Shown here piece after piece: positions 32,722 to 45,813 of a stretch of DNA of 64,000 nucleotides. Location: assembly GCF_057098645.1 (NCBI RefSeq), contig NZ_CM169472.1; one strand, written 5' to 3'. The notes under the pieces were generated by a model that was not told where the DNA came from, ran no database searches, and saw only the letters and a list, made by a program, of their open reading frames with translations. The translations under genes and the position numbers were made by a program. Numbering within the stretch: position 1 is the stretch's first letter; each line of letters starts with the position of its first letter.

Positions 32722-33388
32722 AATAAAGAAAACCTTTTAACGCCAAAACAAAAAAGTATTTCGTCGCGTAGTGTAAGCGATCATTTATTATATTTCCACA
32801 AAATTTAATCTATTTACAGTCCTGCGGGAGATTATTTCAGCTGTTATTTTCTGAAACTCTCAGAATAATTTCAAGATTATATATTAGCCATTTTGATGAG
32901 TAATTTAGGTTATTGGTGAACAGAGTGGCGCTCTCTGCTCGCTAATTCCGCAAGCCTGACAAAACCGAAGTGAATAAAAATGCAATATAACAGAATAAAA
33001 GAAAACACCCCTCACTGGTGCTTTCTGCTGTTAATGTACATTTTCTGGCATAAAAAATGCTGTAAATGATCCGGTCACGACATACACCGAATTCTCTACG
33101 TTTATAGCGTTACCTCACCCCCAAACTTTCATTAGTTAAATTAAAGGTAATCTCATATCTAATTGATTTAATTTAAAATAAATCATATCGGCATGTAAAA
33201 ATCCACAATGTACAAAAAACGAGCCGTTACGGAATATTTTATCTACAAAAACTGACTAAATAAAAATTCTTCACTAATTGATTAGTCATATCCAGCGATA
33301 TACGCTATGCGAAAATGCAGATGGCAATGAGATCCACTGTTTTCATCTCCATTAACATCCCATTACGCTTTTATTAAGGAGCATTAGC

Positions 33389-33838
33389 ATGTTCTCACCG
33401 CAGTCACGCTTGCGTCATGCAGTTGCAGATACGTTCGCGATGGTTGTTTACTGTTCTGTCGTGAACATGTGTATTGAAGTTTTCCTCTCCGGAATGAGCT
33501 TCGAACAGTCTTTTTATTCCAGATTGGTAGCGATTCCGGTGAACATCTTAATTGCATGGCCATACGGTATGTACCGTGATCTGTTTATGCGCGCGGCACG
33601 CAAAGTTAGCCCGTCGGGCTGGATAAAAAATCTGGCGGATATCCTGGCTTATGTGACGTTCCAGTCACCGGTGTATGTGGCGATCTTGTTAGTGGTGGGC
33701 GCAGACTGGCATCAGATTATGGCGGCGGTCAGTTCAAACATCGTTGTTTCGATGTTGATGGGGGCGGTTTATGGCTACTTCCTCGATTATTGCCGCCGAC
33801 TGTTTAAAGTCAGCCGTTACCAGCAGGTAAAAGCCTGA
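33389..33838 (+). CDS. alaE: L-alanine exporter AlaE (YgaW)
   Basis: 149-aa membrane ORF in the expected position. Confidence 0.85.
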   Translation: MFSPQSRLRHAVADTFAMVVYCSVVNMCIEVFLSGMSFEQSFYSRLVAIPVNILIAWPYGMYRDLFMRAARKVSPSGWIKNLADILAYVTFQSPVYVAILLVVGADWHQIMAAVSSNIVVSMLMGAVYGYFLDYCRRLFKVSRYQQVKA

Positions 33839-33874
33839 CCCTTCTTTTCGCGACTGGCATCGCCAGTCGCGTCT

Positions 33875-34219
33875 TTAACTGGCTTCGCCAAATAAACCAT
33901 TCAAATAACGTTCAAGCGCAACACGCGAACTAAAGCCATGCGGGATACCGTAATGCTCGTGTCGCTCGCCTGCTAAATAGAGCGGAAATTGTTGATAATG
34001 ATCGCAAGTTTTAATATCGGAAGCGGGTTCAGCCAGTGTCGAACTACGTTCTTTTAATGTTGGATGAATTACCAGTGCGGTACGTCCCATTCGCGCTTCG
34101 CGATTAACATAGACATAATTTTCCCCACGGCGGTAACCATACGCTTTCTGGGTTACCACATCGACAGTAAAACCGACTTTTTCAAGTACGCGCGCCACCT
34201 CGTCTGGTCGTAAATACAT
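33875..34219 (-). CDS. ygaC: Uncharacterised protein YgaC
   Basis: 114-aa ORF, context match. Confidence 0.8.
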
Positions 34220-34370
34220 ATTTGATCCTCGTTATTATCAACCGCGGGCCTACCTTACCTGATTGCGCATTCACAACGCTTTCAGAAAAGTCCATAAAGC
34301 CGCGATGAACCTCAGTTAAGAAAATTATGGTCTACACTGAAAATTACATCGAATTCTAATGGGGGATCAT

Positions 34371-34700
34371 ATGTTTAACCGACCGAACCGCAACGACGTT
34401 GATGATGGCGTGCAGGATATCCAGAATGATGTCAATCAATTAGCTGACAGCCTCGAATCTGTATTGAAGTCCTGGGGCAGCGACGCCAAAGGGGAAGCTG
34501 AAGCCGCACGCAGTAAAGCTCAGGCATTGCTGAAAGAAACCAGGGCGCGAATGCATGGTCGTACTCGCGTCCAGCAAGCCGCACGCGATGCCGTTGGCTG
34601 CGCGGATTCTTTTGTTCGTGAAAGACCCTGGTGTAGCGTGGGTACAGCAGCTGCGGTAGGTATTTTTATCGGTGCGTTGTTGAGCATGCGTAAATCGTAG
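34371..34700 (+). CDS. ygaM: ElaB/YqjD-family membrane-anchored protein YgaM
   Basis: ORF track 34359..34700 trimmed to MFNRPNRNDVDD start; C-terminal transmembrane anchor. Confidence 0.8.
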   Translation: MFNRPNRNDVDDGVQDIQNDVNQLADSLESVLKSWGSDAKGEAEAARSKAQALLKETRARMHGRTRVQQAARDAVGCADSFVRERPWCSVGTAAAVGIFIGALLSMRKS

Positions 34701-34849
34701 TGAGACGATGACAAGCAGTAGTCTGACTTCTGAAAAGTACTCAGTGCGTCAACGCCTTGTCCGCCTACAGGCCTGAAAAACATAGCGCATCAGGGGATTT
34801 TGCCCTAGTCACCAGTCTTATAGGACCCCGAAGCCTGGCTTCGGGGTTA

Positions 34850-36184
34850 TTAATTTAAAGCACTGCGCAATTGCTGTGCTACCTGTCGCGCCATACTTTC
34901 GCTAACGATATTCGTAAACGAGAGCAATAATCCTCCGTCCTCGCTTGAGCGGATACGCCAGTCGCTAAGTGCCTGTACGGCAAGACCAGCAGCATTGGCT
35001 TTATGCACGAATGTCACGTCATTACCTGCTAGTTTGATCACCATCTGGATACCGCCTTTTTGCGGCACAACCTGAAATCCCTGCTGCGTAAGTGCCTGCT
35101 CAATCCACTGCCGTCGCTGGGCATAATGCTGGCGCATTTTCTTCAGATGCCGCCAGAAATGCCCCTCACGGATGAAATCTGCCAGTGTGTTCTGCCACAG
35201 TACGGGTACAGCACATGGTTCCAGTGACGCCTGCTGCCGGAATTGCGAAATCTGCTCCACCGGCACCACCAGCCACGCACAGCGCAATGCAGGAAATAGC
35301 GCTTTGCTGAATGTTCCGGCATAAATCACCCGCTGCGGCGCGTCGAGACTTTTTAGTGCCGGTAACGGCTTACCGTGATAGCGAAACTCACTGTCGTAAT
35401 CATCTTCAATAATCCATGCCTGACTACGCTCTGCCCATTCCAGTATCTGATACCTACGCGCTAAAGAGAGTGCCACACCCAGCGGGCTTTGGTGTGCCGG
35501 AGTAATCAGGGCAAAACGCGCATCAGGATAATTTTGTATTCCGCTTGTGACATCCAGTCCGTTGTCATCAACCGGCACAGGTAAAATTTCCACACCGTGG
35601 CGAGTGACAATCGGGCGAATCAGCGGTAAGCCGGGATCTTCCATCCACATCCCGTCTCCCGGTTGCGCCAGAGCGTGCAGAATTAAAGCCATTGAGGCCG
35701 CATAACCGTGAGTGATAAAGACCTGCTCTGGCTGACAATCAATCCCACGTGAAACGCGTAAATAATCAACAATAGCCTCGCGCAAGGCCGCCTCGCCGCA
35801 GACATCGCCTAATGCCAAATCAAAACGCGTCTGGGTACGCAGACGGCGGCCCATCACCCGCACCCACAATTCACGCGGAAAAAGATCAAGTGCAGGTAGC
35901 CCCATCTGAAAAGGCAGCGGCTGCTGACTTTCACCAGCAAAAGCCACGACATCCACAGCAGACTGTTGCGGATGTATCTGCTCACTGACAAAGGTACCCG
36001 CCTGTCCCCGCCTGACCAGCCATCCCTGCGCCACCAGCTCAGCATAAGCATTTTCGACAGTGGATCGAGAGACACCCAGCTCCTGCGACCAGGTACGGCT
36101 CGAGGGTAGCCTTGCGCCAGGTTTCAGCGCTCCTTGCTCGATAGCCGTTTTTAACTGACGGGCGATATCCTGATAACGTGGCAT
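34850..36184 (-). CDS. MocR/GabR-type regulator (GntR HTH fused to an aminotransferase-like PLP domain)
   Basis: 444-aa ORF; N-terminal GntR-type HTH followed by a long aminotransferase-fold domain; divergent from the AhpD-like gene. Confidence 0.7.
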   Translation of the reverse strand: MPRYQDIARQLKTAIEQGALKPGARLPSSRTWSQELGVSRSTVENAYAELVAQGWLVRRGQAGTFVSEQIHPQQSAVDVVAFAGESQQPLPFQMGLPALDLFPRELWVRVMGRRLRTQTRFDLALGDVCGEAALREAIVDYLRVSRGIDCQPEQVFITHGYAASMALILHALAQPGDGMWMEDPGLPLIRPIVTRHGVEILPVPVDDNGLDVTSGIQNYPDARFALITPAHQSPLGVALSLARRYQILEWAERSQAWIIEDDYDSEFRYHGKPLPALKSLDAPQRVIYAGTFSKALFPALRCAWLVVPVEQISQFRQQASLEPCAVPVLWQNTLADFIREGHFWRHLKKMRQHYAQRRQWIEQALTQQGFQVVPQKGGIQMVIKLAGNDVTFVHKANAAGLAVQALSDWRIRSSEDGGLLLSFTNIVSESMARQVAQQLRSALN

Positions 36185-36271
36185 ATGGTCTGCTTTTTTA
36201 GGTAATTTATGGCTCTCTTTAGCAGTCCATTATAGTGCTACATTGCGGGCGTTAATAAGAGGAGAAACTTT

Positions 36272-36703
36272 ATGACTACATTACGTCAGCCTTACTACGA
36301 ACTTAGCCCGGCAGTGTATAACGCACTGGTGCAGGCCAAAACGGCACTGGAAAATAGCACGCTGGATACCACGTTGATGGAGTTAATTTATTTGCGCGTC
36401 TCGCAAATCAACGGCTGCGCATTTTGTCTGGAGATGCACAGCAAAGCATTGCGCAAATCCGGTGTGCCACAACACAAACTGGACGCCCTGGCAGGCTGGC
36501 GCGTAAGCCATCATTTTGATGAACGCGAGCGAGCGGCGCTGGCATGGGCGGAATCAGTGACCGATATTGCCAGAACCCATGCGGAAGACGAGGTTTATCA
36601 GCCTTTGCTTGAGCATTTCAGCGCAGCAGAAATCAGCGACTTAACGTTTGCCATCGGGCTGATGAATTGTTTTAACCGTCTGGCCGTTTCCATGCGGATG
36701 TAA
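36272..36703 (+). CDS. Carboxymuconolactone decarboxylase/AhpD-like family protein
   Basis: 143-aa ORF with the CxxC-containing AhpD-core-like motif (QINGCAFCLEMH). Confidence 0.65.
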   Translation: MTTLRQPYYELSPAVYNALVQAKTALENSTLDTTLMELIYLRVSQINGCAFCLEMHSKALRKSGVPQHKLDALAGWRVSHHFDERERAALAWAESVTDIARTHAEDEVYQPLLEHFSAAEISDLTFAIGLMNCFNRLAVSMRM

Positions 36704-36709
36704 TTTGCT

Positions 36710-36738
36710 GTTGCCGGGTATGCGCCCGGCAAAAAAAC
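36710..36738 (+). terminator. Rho-independent terminator after the AhpD-like gene
   Basis: GCCGGGTATGCGCCCGGC hairpin followed by an A/T run. Confidence 0.5.
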
Positions 36739-36911
36739 ACAAAATCCCCTACCCCGTTGAGCCACTCACCGGTGGCGTAATCAATCTAAAATTCCCATAT
36801 CTTGTGTGGTTGAATCTTTTTTCAACTACATCTAGTATCTCTGTATCAACAGAGAGACAACCCGACGCGTATCATCGCGCCGTATCTTCATTTTAAGCGG
36901 AAATACGAATC

Positions 36912-37157
36912 ATGCGCATTACTATTTACACTCGTAACGATTGCGTTCAGTGCCACGCCACCAAACGGGCGATGGAAAACCGGGGCTTTGATTTTGAAAT
37001 GATTAATGTCGATCGCGTTCCTGAAGCGGCAGAAGCGTTGCGTGCTCAGGGCTTTCGTCAGTTGCCGGTAGTGATTGCTGGCGATCTTAGCTGGTCTGGT
37101 TTCCGTCCGGACATGATTAACCGTCTGCATCCAGCGCCACACGCGGCCAGTGCATGA
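36912..37157 (+). CDS. nrdH: Glutaredoxin-like protein NrdH
   Basis: 81-aa ORF with CVQC redox motif; first gene of nrdHIEF. Confidence 0.95.
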   Translation: MRITIYTRNDCVQCHATKRAMENRGFDFEMINVDRVPEAAEALRAQGFRQLPVVIAGDLSWSGFRPDMINRLHPAPHAASA

Positions 37158-37564
37158 GCCAGCTCGTCTACTTCTCCAGCAGCTCCGAAAACACGCAGCG
37201 TTTTATCGAACGTTTAGGTCTGCCCGCGGTGCGCATCCCGCTCAATGAGCGGGAACGGATTCAGGTAGACGAGCCTTACATCCTGATCGTGCCCTCTTAC
37301 GGCGGCGGCGGTACGGCTGGCGCGGTGCCACGACAGGTAATTCGCTTTTTAAACAACGAGCATAACCGGGCATTGCTGCGCGGCGTTATTGCTTCGGGTA
37401 ATCGCAACTTTGGTGAGGCGTATGGCCGCGCCGGAGATGTGATTGCCCGGAAATGCGGCGTGCCGTGGCTGTACCGTTTTGAACTCATGGGTACGCAAAG
37501 CGATATCGAAAACGTTCGTAAAGGAGTAACCGAATTTTGGCAACGACAACCGCAGAACGCCTGA
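37154..37564 (+). CDS. nrdI: Flavodoxin-like protein NrdI
   Basis: 136-aa ORF overlapping nrdH stop. Confidence 0.95.
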   Translation: MSQLVYFSSSSENTQRFIERLGLPAVRIPLNERERIQVDEPYILIVPSYGGGGTAGAVPRQVIRFLNNEHNRALLRGVIASGNRNFGEAYGRAGDVIARKCGVPWLYRFELMGTQSDIENVRKGVTEFWQRQPQNA

Positions 37565-39681
37565 CGCAGGAAACGATGGATTATCACGCGCTGAATGCGA
37601 TGCTTAACCTCTACGATAGCGCAGGTCGCATTCAGTTCGATAAAGACCGCCAGGCCGTTGACGCCTTTATTGCGACGCATGTGCGTCCGAACAGTGTGAC
37701 CTTCAGTAGCCAGCAGCAGCGCCTGAACTGGCTGGTCAACGAAGGTTACTATGATGAAAGCGTTCTTAATCGCTACCCTCGCGACTTTGTCATTACGCTG
37801 TTTGCCCACGCACACACCAGCGGTTTTCGTTTCCAGACATTCCTCGGGGCATGGAAGTTTTACACCAGCTATACGTTGAAGACATTCGACGGTAAACGTT
37901 ATCTGGAAGATTTTGCCGATCGAGTCACGATGGTGGCGCTGACGCTGGCACAAGGCGATGAAACACTGGCGACGCAGCTCACTGATGAGATGCTGTCAGG
38001 ACGCTTTCAGCCAGCCACGCCGACATTCCTCAACTGCGGTAAGCAGCAGCGCGGCGAACTGGTTTCCTGTTTTCTGCTGCGTATTGAAGACAATATGGAG
38101 TCGATTGGCCGGGCGGTAAATTCCGCACTACAACTGTCGAAACGCGGCGGCGGCGTGGCATTTTTGCTGTCGAATCTGCGAGAAGCGGGCGCGCCAATTA
38201 AACGTATTGAAAATCAATCTTCTGGCGTAATTCCGGTGATGAAAATGCTGGAAGACGCATTTTCCTATGCCAACCAACTCGGCGCTCGTCAGGGGGCTGG
38301 TGCAGTCTATTTACATGCTCATCATCCCGATATTCTGCGTTTTCTCGACACGAAACGGGAAAATGCCGACGAAAAAATCCGCATTAAAACACTGTCGCTG
38401 GGCGTGGTGATCCCGGATATCACTTTCCATCTGGCAAAAGAGAATGCGCAGATGGCGCTGTTTTCGCCTTATGACGTAGAGCGAGTTTATGGCAAGCCGT
38501 TTGCCGATGTGGCCATCAGCCAACACTATGACGAACTGGTTGCCGATGAACGCATTCGCAAAAAATACCTCAACGCCCGTGATTTCTTCCAGCGACTGGC
38601 AGAAATCCAGTTTGAGTCTGGCTATCCGTACATCATGTATGAAGACACGGTAAACCGTGCTAACCCTATCGCCGGGCGCATAAATATGAGTAATCTCTGC
38701 TCAGAAATTTTGCAGGTTAACAGCGCCTCAGAGTATAACGAGAATCTCGACTATGCCCGCACAGGCCATGATATCTCCTGCAATTTAGGTTCGTTGAATA
38801 TTGCCCACACCATGGATTCCCCCGACTTTGCCCGCACGGTAGAGACTGCCGTACGCGGTTTAACGGCGGTGTCAGATATGAGTCATATCCGCAGCGTGCC
38901 CTCCATCGAAGCCGGAAATGCCGCCTCGCACGCCATCGGACTGGGGCAGATGAATTTACATGGTTATCTGGCGAGGGAAGGCATCGCTTATGGTTCGCCG
39001 GAAGCACTGGATTTCACCAATCTCTATTTCTATACCATCACCTGGCAAGCACTGCGTACCTCGATGTTGCTGGCGCGCGAACGCGGTCAAACCTTCGCCG
39101 GGTTCAAACAGTCACGCTATGCCAGTGGTGAATATTTCAGCCAATATCTGCAAGGTAACTGGCAGCCGAAAACGGCGAAAGTTGGCGAACTGTTTGCCCG
39201 CAGCGGTATTACGTTACCTACCCGTGAGATGTGGGCGCAACTGCGCGATGACGTGATGCGATACGGCATTTACAACCAGAATCTCCAGGCGGTGCCGCCA
39301 ACCGGTTCTATCTCTTATATCAACCATGCTACGTCGAGTATTCATCCGATTGTGGCGAAAGTAGAGATACGCAAAGAGGGCAAAACAGGACGCGTTTACT
39401 ACCCTGCCCCATTTATGACTAACGAAAATCTGGCGCTGTATCAGGACGCTTACGAAATCGGCGCAGAAAAGATCATCGACACCTACGCGGAAGCGACTCG
39501 CCATGTCGATCAGGGGCTGTCGCTGACGCTGTTTTTCCCCGATACCGCCACCACTCGCGATATCAACAAAGCGCAGATTTACGCCTGGCGCAAAGGTATC
39601 AAAACGCTCTATTACATCCGCCTGCGTCAGATGGCGCTGGAAGGCACTGAAATTGAAGGCTGCGTCTCCTGTGCACTTTAA
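37537..39681 (+). CDS. nrdE: Class Ib ribonucleotide reductase alpha subunit NrdE
   Basis: 714-aa ORF, operon context. Confidence 0.95.
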   Translation: MATTTAERLTQETMDYHALNAMLNLYDSAGRIQFDKDRQAVDAFIATHVRPNSVTFSSQQQRLNWLVNEGYYDESVLNRYPRDFVITLFAHAHTSGFRFQTFLGAWKFYTSYTLKTFDGKRYLEDFADRVTMVALTLAQGDETLATQLTDEMLSGRFQPATPTFLNCGKQQRGELVSCFLLRIEDNMESIGRAVNSALQLSKRGGGVAFLLSNLREAGAPIKRIENQSSGVIPVMKMLEDAFSYANQLGARQGAGAVYLHAHHPDILRFLDTKRENADEKIRIKTLSLGVVIPDITFHLAKENAQMALFSPYDVERVYGKPFADVAISQHYDELVADERIRKKYLNARDFFQRLAEIQFESGYPYIMYEDTVNRANPIAGRINMSNLCSEILQVNSASEYNENLDYARTGHDISCNLGSLNIAHTMDSPDFARTVETAVRGLTAVSDMSHIRSVPSIEAGNAASHAIGLGQMNLHGYLAREGIAYGSPEALDFTNLYFYTITWQALRTSMLLARERGQTFAGFKQSRYASGEYFSQYLQGNWQPKTAKVGELFARSGITLPTREMWAQLRDDVMRYGIYNQNLQAVPPTGSISYINHATSSIHPIVAKVEIRKEGKTGRVYYPAPFMTNENLALYQDAYEIGAEKIIDTYAEATRHVDQGLSLTLFFPDTATTRDINKAQIYAWRKGIKTLYYIRLRQMALEGTEIEGCVSCAL

Positions 39682-40650
<969 letters not shown>

Positions 40651-40909
40651 GGGGGTTATTTTCAAAAATATCACTACCTGCTGCAGGGAAATAATTCCCG
40701 CCAAATAGCTTTATATCACGTAAATAATTTGTGGTGATCTACACTGATACTCTGTTGCATTATTCGCCTGAAACCACAATATTCAGGCGTTTTTTTGCTA
40801 TCTTTGACAAAAAATATCAACTTTTCTCGATTTGCTCTCAGCCCTTATATCATGGGAAATTCCGGCGATTTGCTCACATCAATATTCATGCCACATTTGC
40901 CCTCAGGGG

Positions 40910-40937
40910 TTGCCTCAGATTCTCAGTATGTTAGGGT
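40910..40937 (+). promoter_or_regulatory. proU sigma70 promoter (-35 TTGCCT, 16-bp spacer, -10 TAGGGT)
   Basis: Hexamers read at 40910-40915 and 40932-40937, about 70 bp upstream of the proV start; matches the proU P2 promoter as I recall it. Confidence 0.6.
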
Positions 40938-41005
40938 AGAAAAAAGTGACTATTTCCATTGGGTAATGTATCGACATAAACAAATAACAGGAATCTTTCT
41001 ATTGC

Positions 41006-42208
41006 ATGGCAATTAAATTAGAAATTAAAAATCTTTATAAAATATTTGGTGAGCATCCACAGCGAGCTTTCAAATATATCGAACAAGGACTTTCAAAAGA
41101 ACAAATTCTGGAAAAAACTGGGCTATCGCTTGGCGTAAAAGACGCCAGTCTGGCCATTGAAGAAGGCGAGATATTTGTCATCATGGGATTATCCGGTTCG
41201 GGTAAATCCACAATGGTACGCCTTCTCAATCGCCTGATTGAACCCACCCGCGGGCAAGTGCTGATTGATGGTGTGGATATTGCCAAAATATCCGACGCCG
41301 AACTCCGTGAGGTGCGCAGAAAAAAGATTGCGATGGTCTTCCAGTCCTTTGCCTTAATGCCGCATATGACCGTGCTGGACAATACTGCGTTCGGTATGGA
41401 ACTGGCCGGAATTAATGCCGAAGAACGCCGGGAAAAAGCCCTTGATGCACTGCGTCAGGTCGGGCTGGAAAATTATGCCCACAGCTACCCGGATGAACTC
41501 TCTGGCGGGATGCGTCAACGTGTGGGATTAGCCCGCGCGTTAGCAATTAATCCGGATATATTATTAATGGACGAAGCCTTCTCGGCACTCGATCCATTAA
41601 TTCGCACCGAGATGCAGGATGAGCTGGTAAAATTACAGGCGAAACATCAGCGCACCATTGTCTTTATTTCCCACGATCTCGATGAAGCCATGCGTATTGG
41701 CGACCGAATTGCCATTATGCAAAATGGTGAAGTGGTACAGGTCGGCACACCGGATGAAATTCTCAATAATCCGGCGAATGATTATGTCCGTACCTTCTTC
41801 CGTGGTGTTGATATTAGTCAGGTATTCAGTGCGAAAGATATTGCCCGCCGGACACCGAATGGCTTAATTCGTAAAACCCCTGGCTTCGGCCCACGTTCGG
41901 CACTGAAATTATTGCAGGATGAAGATCGCGAATATGGCTACGTTATCGAACGCGGTAATAAGTTTGTCGGCGCAGTCTCCATCGATTCGCTTAAAACCGC
42001 GTTAACGCAGCAGCAAGGTCTTGATGCGGCGCTGATTGATGCGCCGTTAGCAGTCGATGCACAAACGCCTCTTAGCGAGTTGCTCTCTCATGTCGGACAG
42101 GCACCCTGTGCGGTGCCCGTGGTCGACGAGGACCAACAGTATGTCGGCATCATTTCGAAAGGAATGCTGCTGCGCGCTTTAGATCGTGAGGGGGTAAATA
42201 ATGGCTGA
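41006..42208 (+). CDS. proV: Glycine betaine/proline ABC transporter ATPase ProV
   Basis: 400-aa ORF; Walker [13 protein letters not shown] signature, C-terminal CBS domains. Confidence 0.95.
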   Translation: MAIKLEIKNLYKIFGEHPQRAFKYIEQGLSKEQILEKTGLSLGVKDASLAIEEGEIFVIMGLSGSGKSTMVRLLNRLIEPTRGQVLIDGVDIAKISDAELREVRRKKIAMVFQSFALMPHMTVLDNTAFGMELAGINAEERREKALDALRQVGLENYAHSYPDELSGGMRQRVGLARALAINPDILLMDEAFSALDPLIRTEMQDELVKLQAKHQRTIVFISHDLDEAMRIGDRIAIMQNGEVVQVGTPDEILNNPANDYVRTFFRGVDISQVFSAKDIARRTPNGLIRKTPGFGPRSALKLLQDEDREYGYVIERGNKFVGAVSIDSLKTALTQQQGLDAALIDAPLAVDAQTPLSELLSHVGQAPCAVPVVDEDQQYVGIISKGMLLRALDREGVNNG

Positions 42209-43265
42209 TCAAAATAATCCGTGGGATACCACGCCAGCGGCGGACAGTGCCGCGCAATCCGCAGACGCCTGGGGTACACCGACGACTGCACCGACTGACG
42301 GCGGTGGTGCTGACTGGCTGACCAGTACGCCTGCGCCAAACGTCGAGCATTTTAATATTCTCGATCCGTTCCATAAAACGCTGATCCCGCTCGACAGTTG
42401 GGTCACTGAAGGGATCGACTGGGTCGTTACCCATTTCCGTCCCGTCTTCCAGGGCGTGCGCGTTCCGGTTGATTATATCCTCAACGGTTTCCAGCAATTG
42501 CTGCTGGGTATGCCAGCGCCAGTGGCGATTATCGTTTTCGCTCTCATCGCCTGGCAGATTTCCGGGGTCGGAATGGGCGTGGCGACGCTGGTTTCGCTGA
42601 TTGCCATCGGCGCAATCGGTGCCTGGTCGCAGGCAATGGTGACTCTGGCGCTGGTGTTAACCGCCCTGCTGTTCTGTATCGTCATCGGTTTGCCGTTGGG
42701 GATCTGGCTGGCGAGAAGTCCGCGAGCGGCGAAAATTATTCGTCCACTGCTTGATGCCATGCAGACCACGCCAGCGTTTGTTTATCTGGTGCCAATCGTC
42801 ATGCTATTTGGTATCGGTAACGTGCCGGGCGTGGTGGTGACAATCATCTTTGCTCTGCCGCCGATTATCCGTCTGACCATTCTGGGGATTAACCAGGTTC
42901 CGGCGGATCTGATTGAAGCCTCGCGCTCATTCGGTGCCAGCCCGCGCCAGATGCTGTTCAAAGTTCAGTTACCGCTGGCGATGCCGACCATTATGGCGGG
43001 CGTTAACCAGACGCTGATGCTGGCCCTTTCTATGGTGGTCATTGCCTCGATGATTGCCGTCGGCGGGCTGGGTCAGATGGTACTTCGCGGTATCGGTCGT
43101 CTGGATATGGGGCTTGCCACCGTTGGAGGCGTCGGGATTGTGATCCTCGCCATTATCCTCGATCGCCTGACGCAGGCCGTTGGGCGCGACTCACGCAGTC
43201 GCGGCAACCGTCGCTGGTACACCACTGGCCCTGTCGGTCTGCTGACCCGCCCATTCATTAAGTAA
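42201..43265 (+). CDS. proW: Glycine betaine/proline ABC transporter permease ProW
   Basis: 354-aa membrane ORF overlapping proV stop. Confidence 0.95.
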
Positions 43266-43321
43266 CTCTGCACTTGCCCGGTGACGCCGGGCATATCACC
43301 CTGCCAAAAAAAGGAATAACA

Positions 43322-44314
43322 ATGCGACATAGCGTACTTTTTGCGACAGCGTTTGCCACGCTTATCTCTACACAAACTTTTGCTGCCGATCTGCCGGGCA
43401 AAGGCATTACTGTTAATCCAGTTCAAAGCACCATCACCGAAGAAACCTTCCAGACACTGCTGGTCAGTCGTGCGCTGGAGAAATTAGGTTATACCGTCAA
43501 TAAACCCAGCGAAGTGGATTACAACGTTGGCTACACCTCGCTTGCTTCCGGCGATGCAACCTTCACCGCCGTGAACTGGACGCCACTGCATGACAACATG
43601 TACGAAGCTGCCGGTGGCGATAAGAAATTTTATCGTGAAGGGGTATTTGTTAACGGCGCGGCACAGGGTTACCTGATCGATAAGAAAACCGCCGACCAGT
43701 ACAAAATCACCAACATCGCACAACTGAAAGATCCGAAGATCGCCAAACTGTTCGATACCAACGGCGACGGTAAAGCGGATTTAACCGGTTGTAACCCAGG
43801 CTGGGGCTGCGAAGGTGCGATCAACCACCAGCTTGCCGCGTATGAACTGACCAACACCGTGACGCATAATCAGGGGAACTACGCAGCGATGATGGCCGAC
43901 ACCATCAGTCGCTACAAAGAGGGCAAACCGGTGTTTTACTACACCTGGACGCCGTACTGGGTGAGTAATGAGCTGAAGCCAGGGAAAGATGTGGTCTGGT
44001 TGCAGGTGCCGTTCTCTGCACTGCCGGGCGATAAAAATGCCGATACCAAACTGCCGAATGGCGCGAATTACGGCTTCCCGGTCAGCACCATGCATATCGT
44101 TGCCAATAAAGCCTGGGCCGAGAAAAACCCGGCAGCAGCGAAACTGTTTGCCATTATGCAGTTGCCAGTGGCAGATATTAACGCCCAGAACGCCATTATG
44201 CATGACGGCAAAGCCTCAGAAGGCGATATTCAGGGCCACGTTGATGGCTGGATCAAAGCCCACCAGCAACAGTTCGATGGCTGGGTGAATGAGGCGTTGG
44301 CAGCGCAGAAGTAA
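43322..44314 (+). CDS. proX: Glycine betaine-binding periplasmic protein ProX
   Basis: ORF track 43274..44314 trimmed to [21 protein letters not shown] signal-peptide start. Confidence 0.9.
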
Positions 44315-44325
44315 TTTTTATTCGG

Positions 44326-44405
44326 GCGGATAAGGCGTTTTCGCCGCATCCGCCGTTCTGTACACAATGCCTGATGCGACGCTGGCGCGTCTTATCATGC
44401 CTACA
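44326..44405. repeat. REP/BIME-type palindromic repeats downstream of proX
   Basis: GGATAAGGCGTTTTCGCCGCATCCGCC and GCCTGATGCGACGCTGGCGCGTCTTATCATGCCTAC. Confidence 0.55.
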
Positions 44406-44505
44406 AACCACACCGCACATTTCAACAATCTATCTTTCATCCCATATTCATCAACATCCGCTATTATTGATTTCCAGCTTAATCATCACCTGATGAACAA
44501 AAATA

Positions 44506-45690
44506 ATGACTAAACCTAATCATGAGCTTAGCCCGGCGCTGATCGTGCTGATGTCTATCGCCACCGGTCTGGCGGTCGCCAGCAACTATTACGCCCAGCC
44601 ATTGCTCGACACCATCGCGCGTAACTTTTCCCTTTCCGCCAGTTCGGCAGGCTTTATTGTTACCGCCGCGCAGTTGGGCTATGCCGCCGGTCTGCTGTTT
44701 CTTGTTCCCCTCGGTGATATGTTTGAACGCCGCCGCCTGATTGTCTCGATGACCTTACTGGCAGCGGGCGGTATGTTAATCACTGCCAGCAGTCAGTCAC
44801 TGGCGATGATGATCCTCGGTACGGCATTAACCGGTTTATTCTCAGTCGTGGCACAAATTCTGGTTCCACTGGCAGCGACGCTGGCTTCACCGGACAAACG
44901 CGGCAAAGTGGTTGGCACCATTATGAGCGGTCTGCTGTTGGGGATCTTGCTGGCACGAACCGTTGCCGGGTTACTGGCAAACCTCGGCGGCTGGCGCACC
45001 GTCTTTTGGGTTGCCTCGGTGTTAATGGCACTGATGGCGCTGGCATTATGGCGTGGTCTGCCACAAATGAAATCAGAAACCCACCTCAATTACCCACAGT
45101 TGTTGGGTTCCGTGTTCAGTATGTTTATCAGCAATAAGATCCTGCGCACCCGCGCGTTGCTGGGCTGCCTGACCTTTGCCAACTTCAGCATTCTCTGGAC
45201 CTCAATGGCCTTTTTGCTTGCCGCTCCACCTTTTAACTACAGCGATGGTGTAATTGGTCTGTTTGGGCTTGCGGGAGCTGCCGGAGCGTTGGGCGCTCGT
45301 CCGGCGGGCGGTTTTGCCGACAAGGGCAAATCGCACCACACCACAACTTTCGGTCTGCTGCTGCTGTTACTTTCATGGCTGGCAATCTGGTTTGGTCACA
45401 CTTCCGTACTGGCGTTGATTATCGGCATTCTGGTGCTGGACCTCACCGTACAGGGCGTGCATATCACTAACCAGACGGTAATTTATCGAATACATCCTGA
45501 TGCGCGTAATCGCCTGACCGCAGGTTACATGACCAGCTACTTTATTGGCGGTGCCGCCGGTTCGCTAATTTCAGCCTCAGCCTGGCAACATGGCGGTTGG
45601 GCTGGCGTTTGTCTGGCTGGCGCGACGATTGCCCTGGTTAACTTACTGGTCTGGTGGCGAGGTTTTCATCGTCAGGAAGCCGCAAATTAA
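44506..45690 (+). CDS. ygaY: MFS transporter YgaY, uninterrupted here
   Basis: 394-aa ORF with about 12 predicted transmembrane helices; position between proX and ygaZ. Confidence 0.8.
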   Translation: MTKPNHELSPALIVLMSIATGLAVASNYYAQPLLDTIARNFSLSASSAGFIVTAAQLGYAAGLLFLVPLGDMFERRRLIVSMTLLAAGGMLITASSQSLAMMILGTALTGLFSVVAQILVPLAATLASPDKRGKVVGTIMSGLLLGILLARTVAGLLANLGGWRTVFWVASVLMALMALALWRGLPQMKSETHLNYPQLLGSVFSMFISNKILRTRALLGCLTFANFSILWTSMAFLLAAPPFNYSDGVIGLFGLAGAAGALGARPAGGFADKGKSHHTTTFGLLLLLLSWLAIWFGHTSVLALIIGILVLDLTVQGVHITNQTVIYRIHPDARNRLTAGYMTSYFIGGAAGSLISASAWQHGGWAGVCLAGATIALVNLLVWWRGFHRQEAAN

Positions 45691-45813
45691 GCAATCAGCA
45701 ACCGTTTTCGTGGCTTTACACTTATAAGGGTGTTAAGAAGCCCATCAGTCTGATAAGGTTAAGATATTCATTCAGTCTATTTATAATATTAACAATCGTT
45801 AAGCGTACACTCT

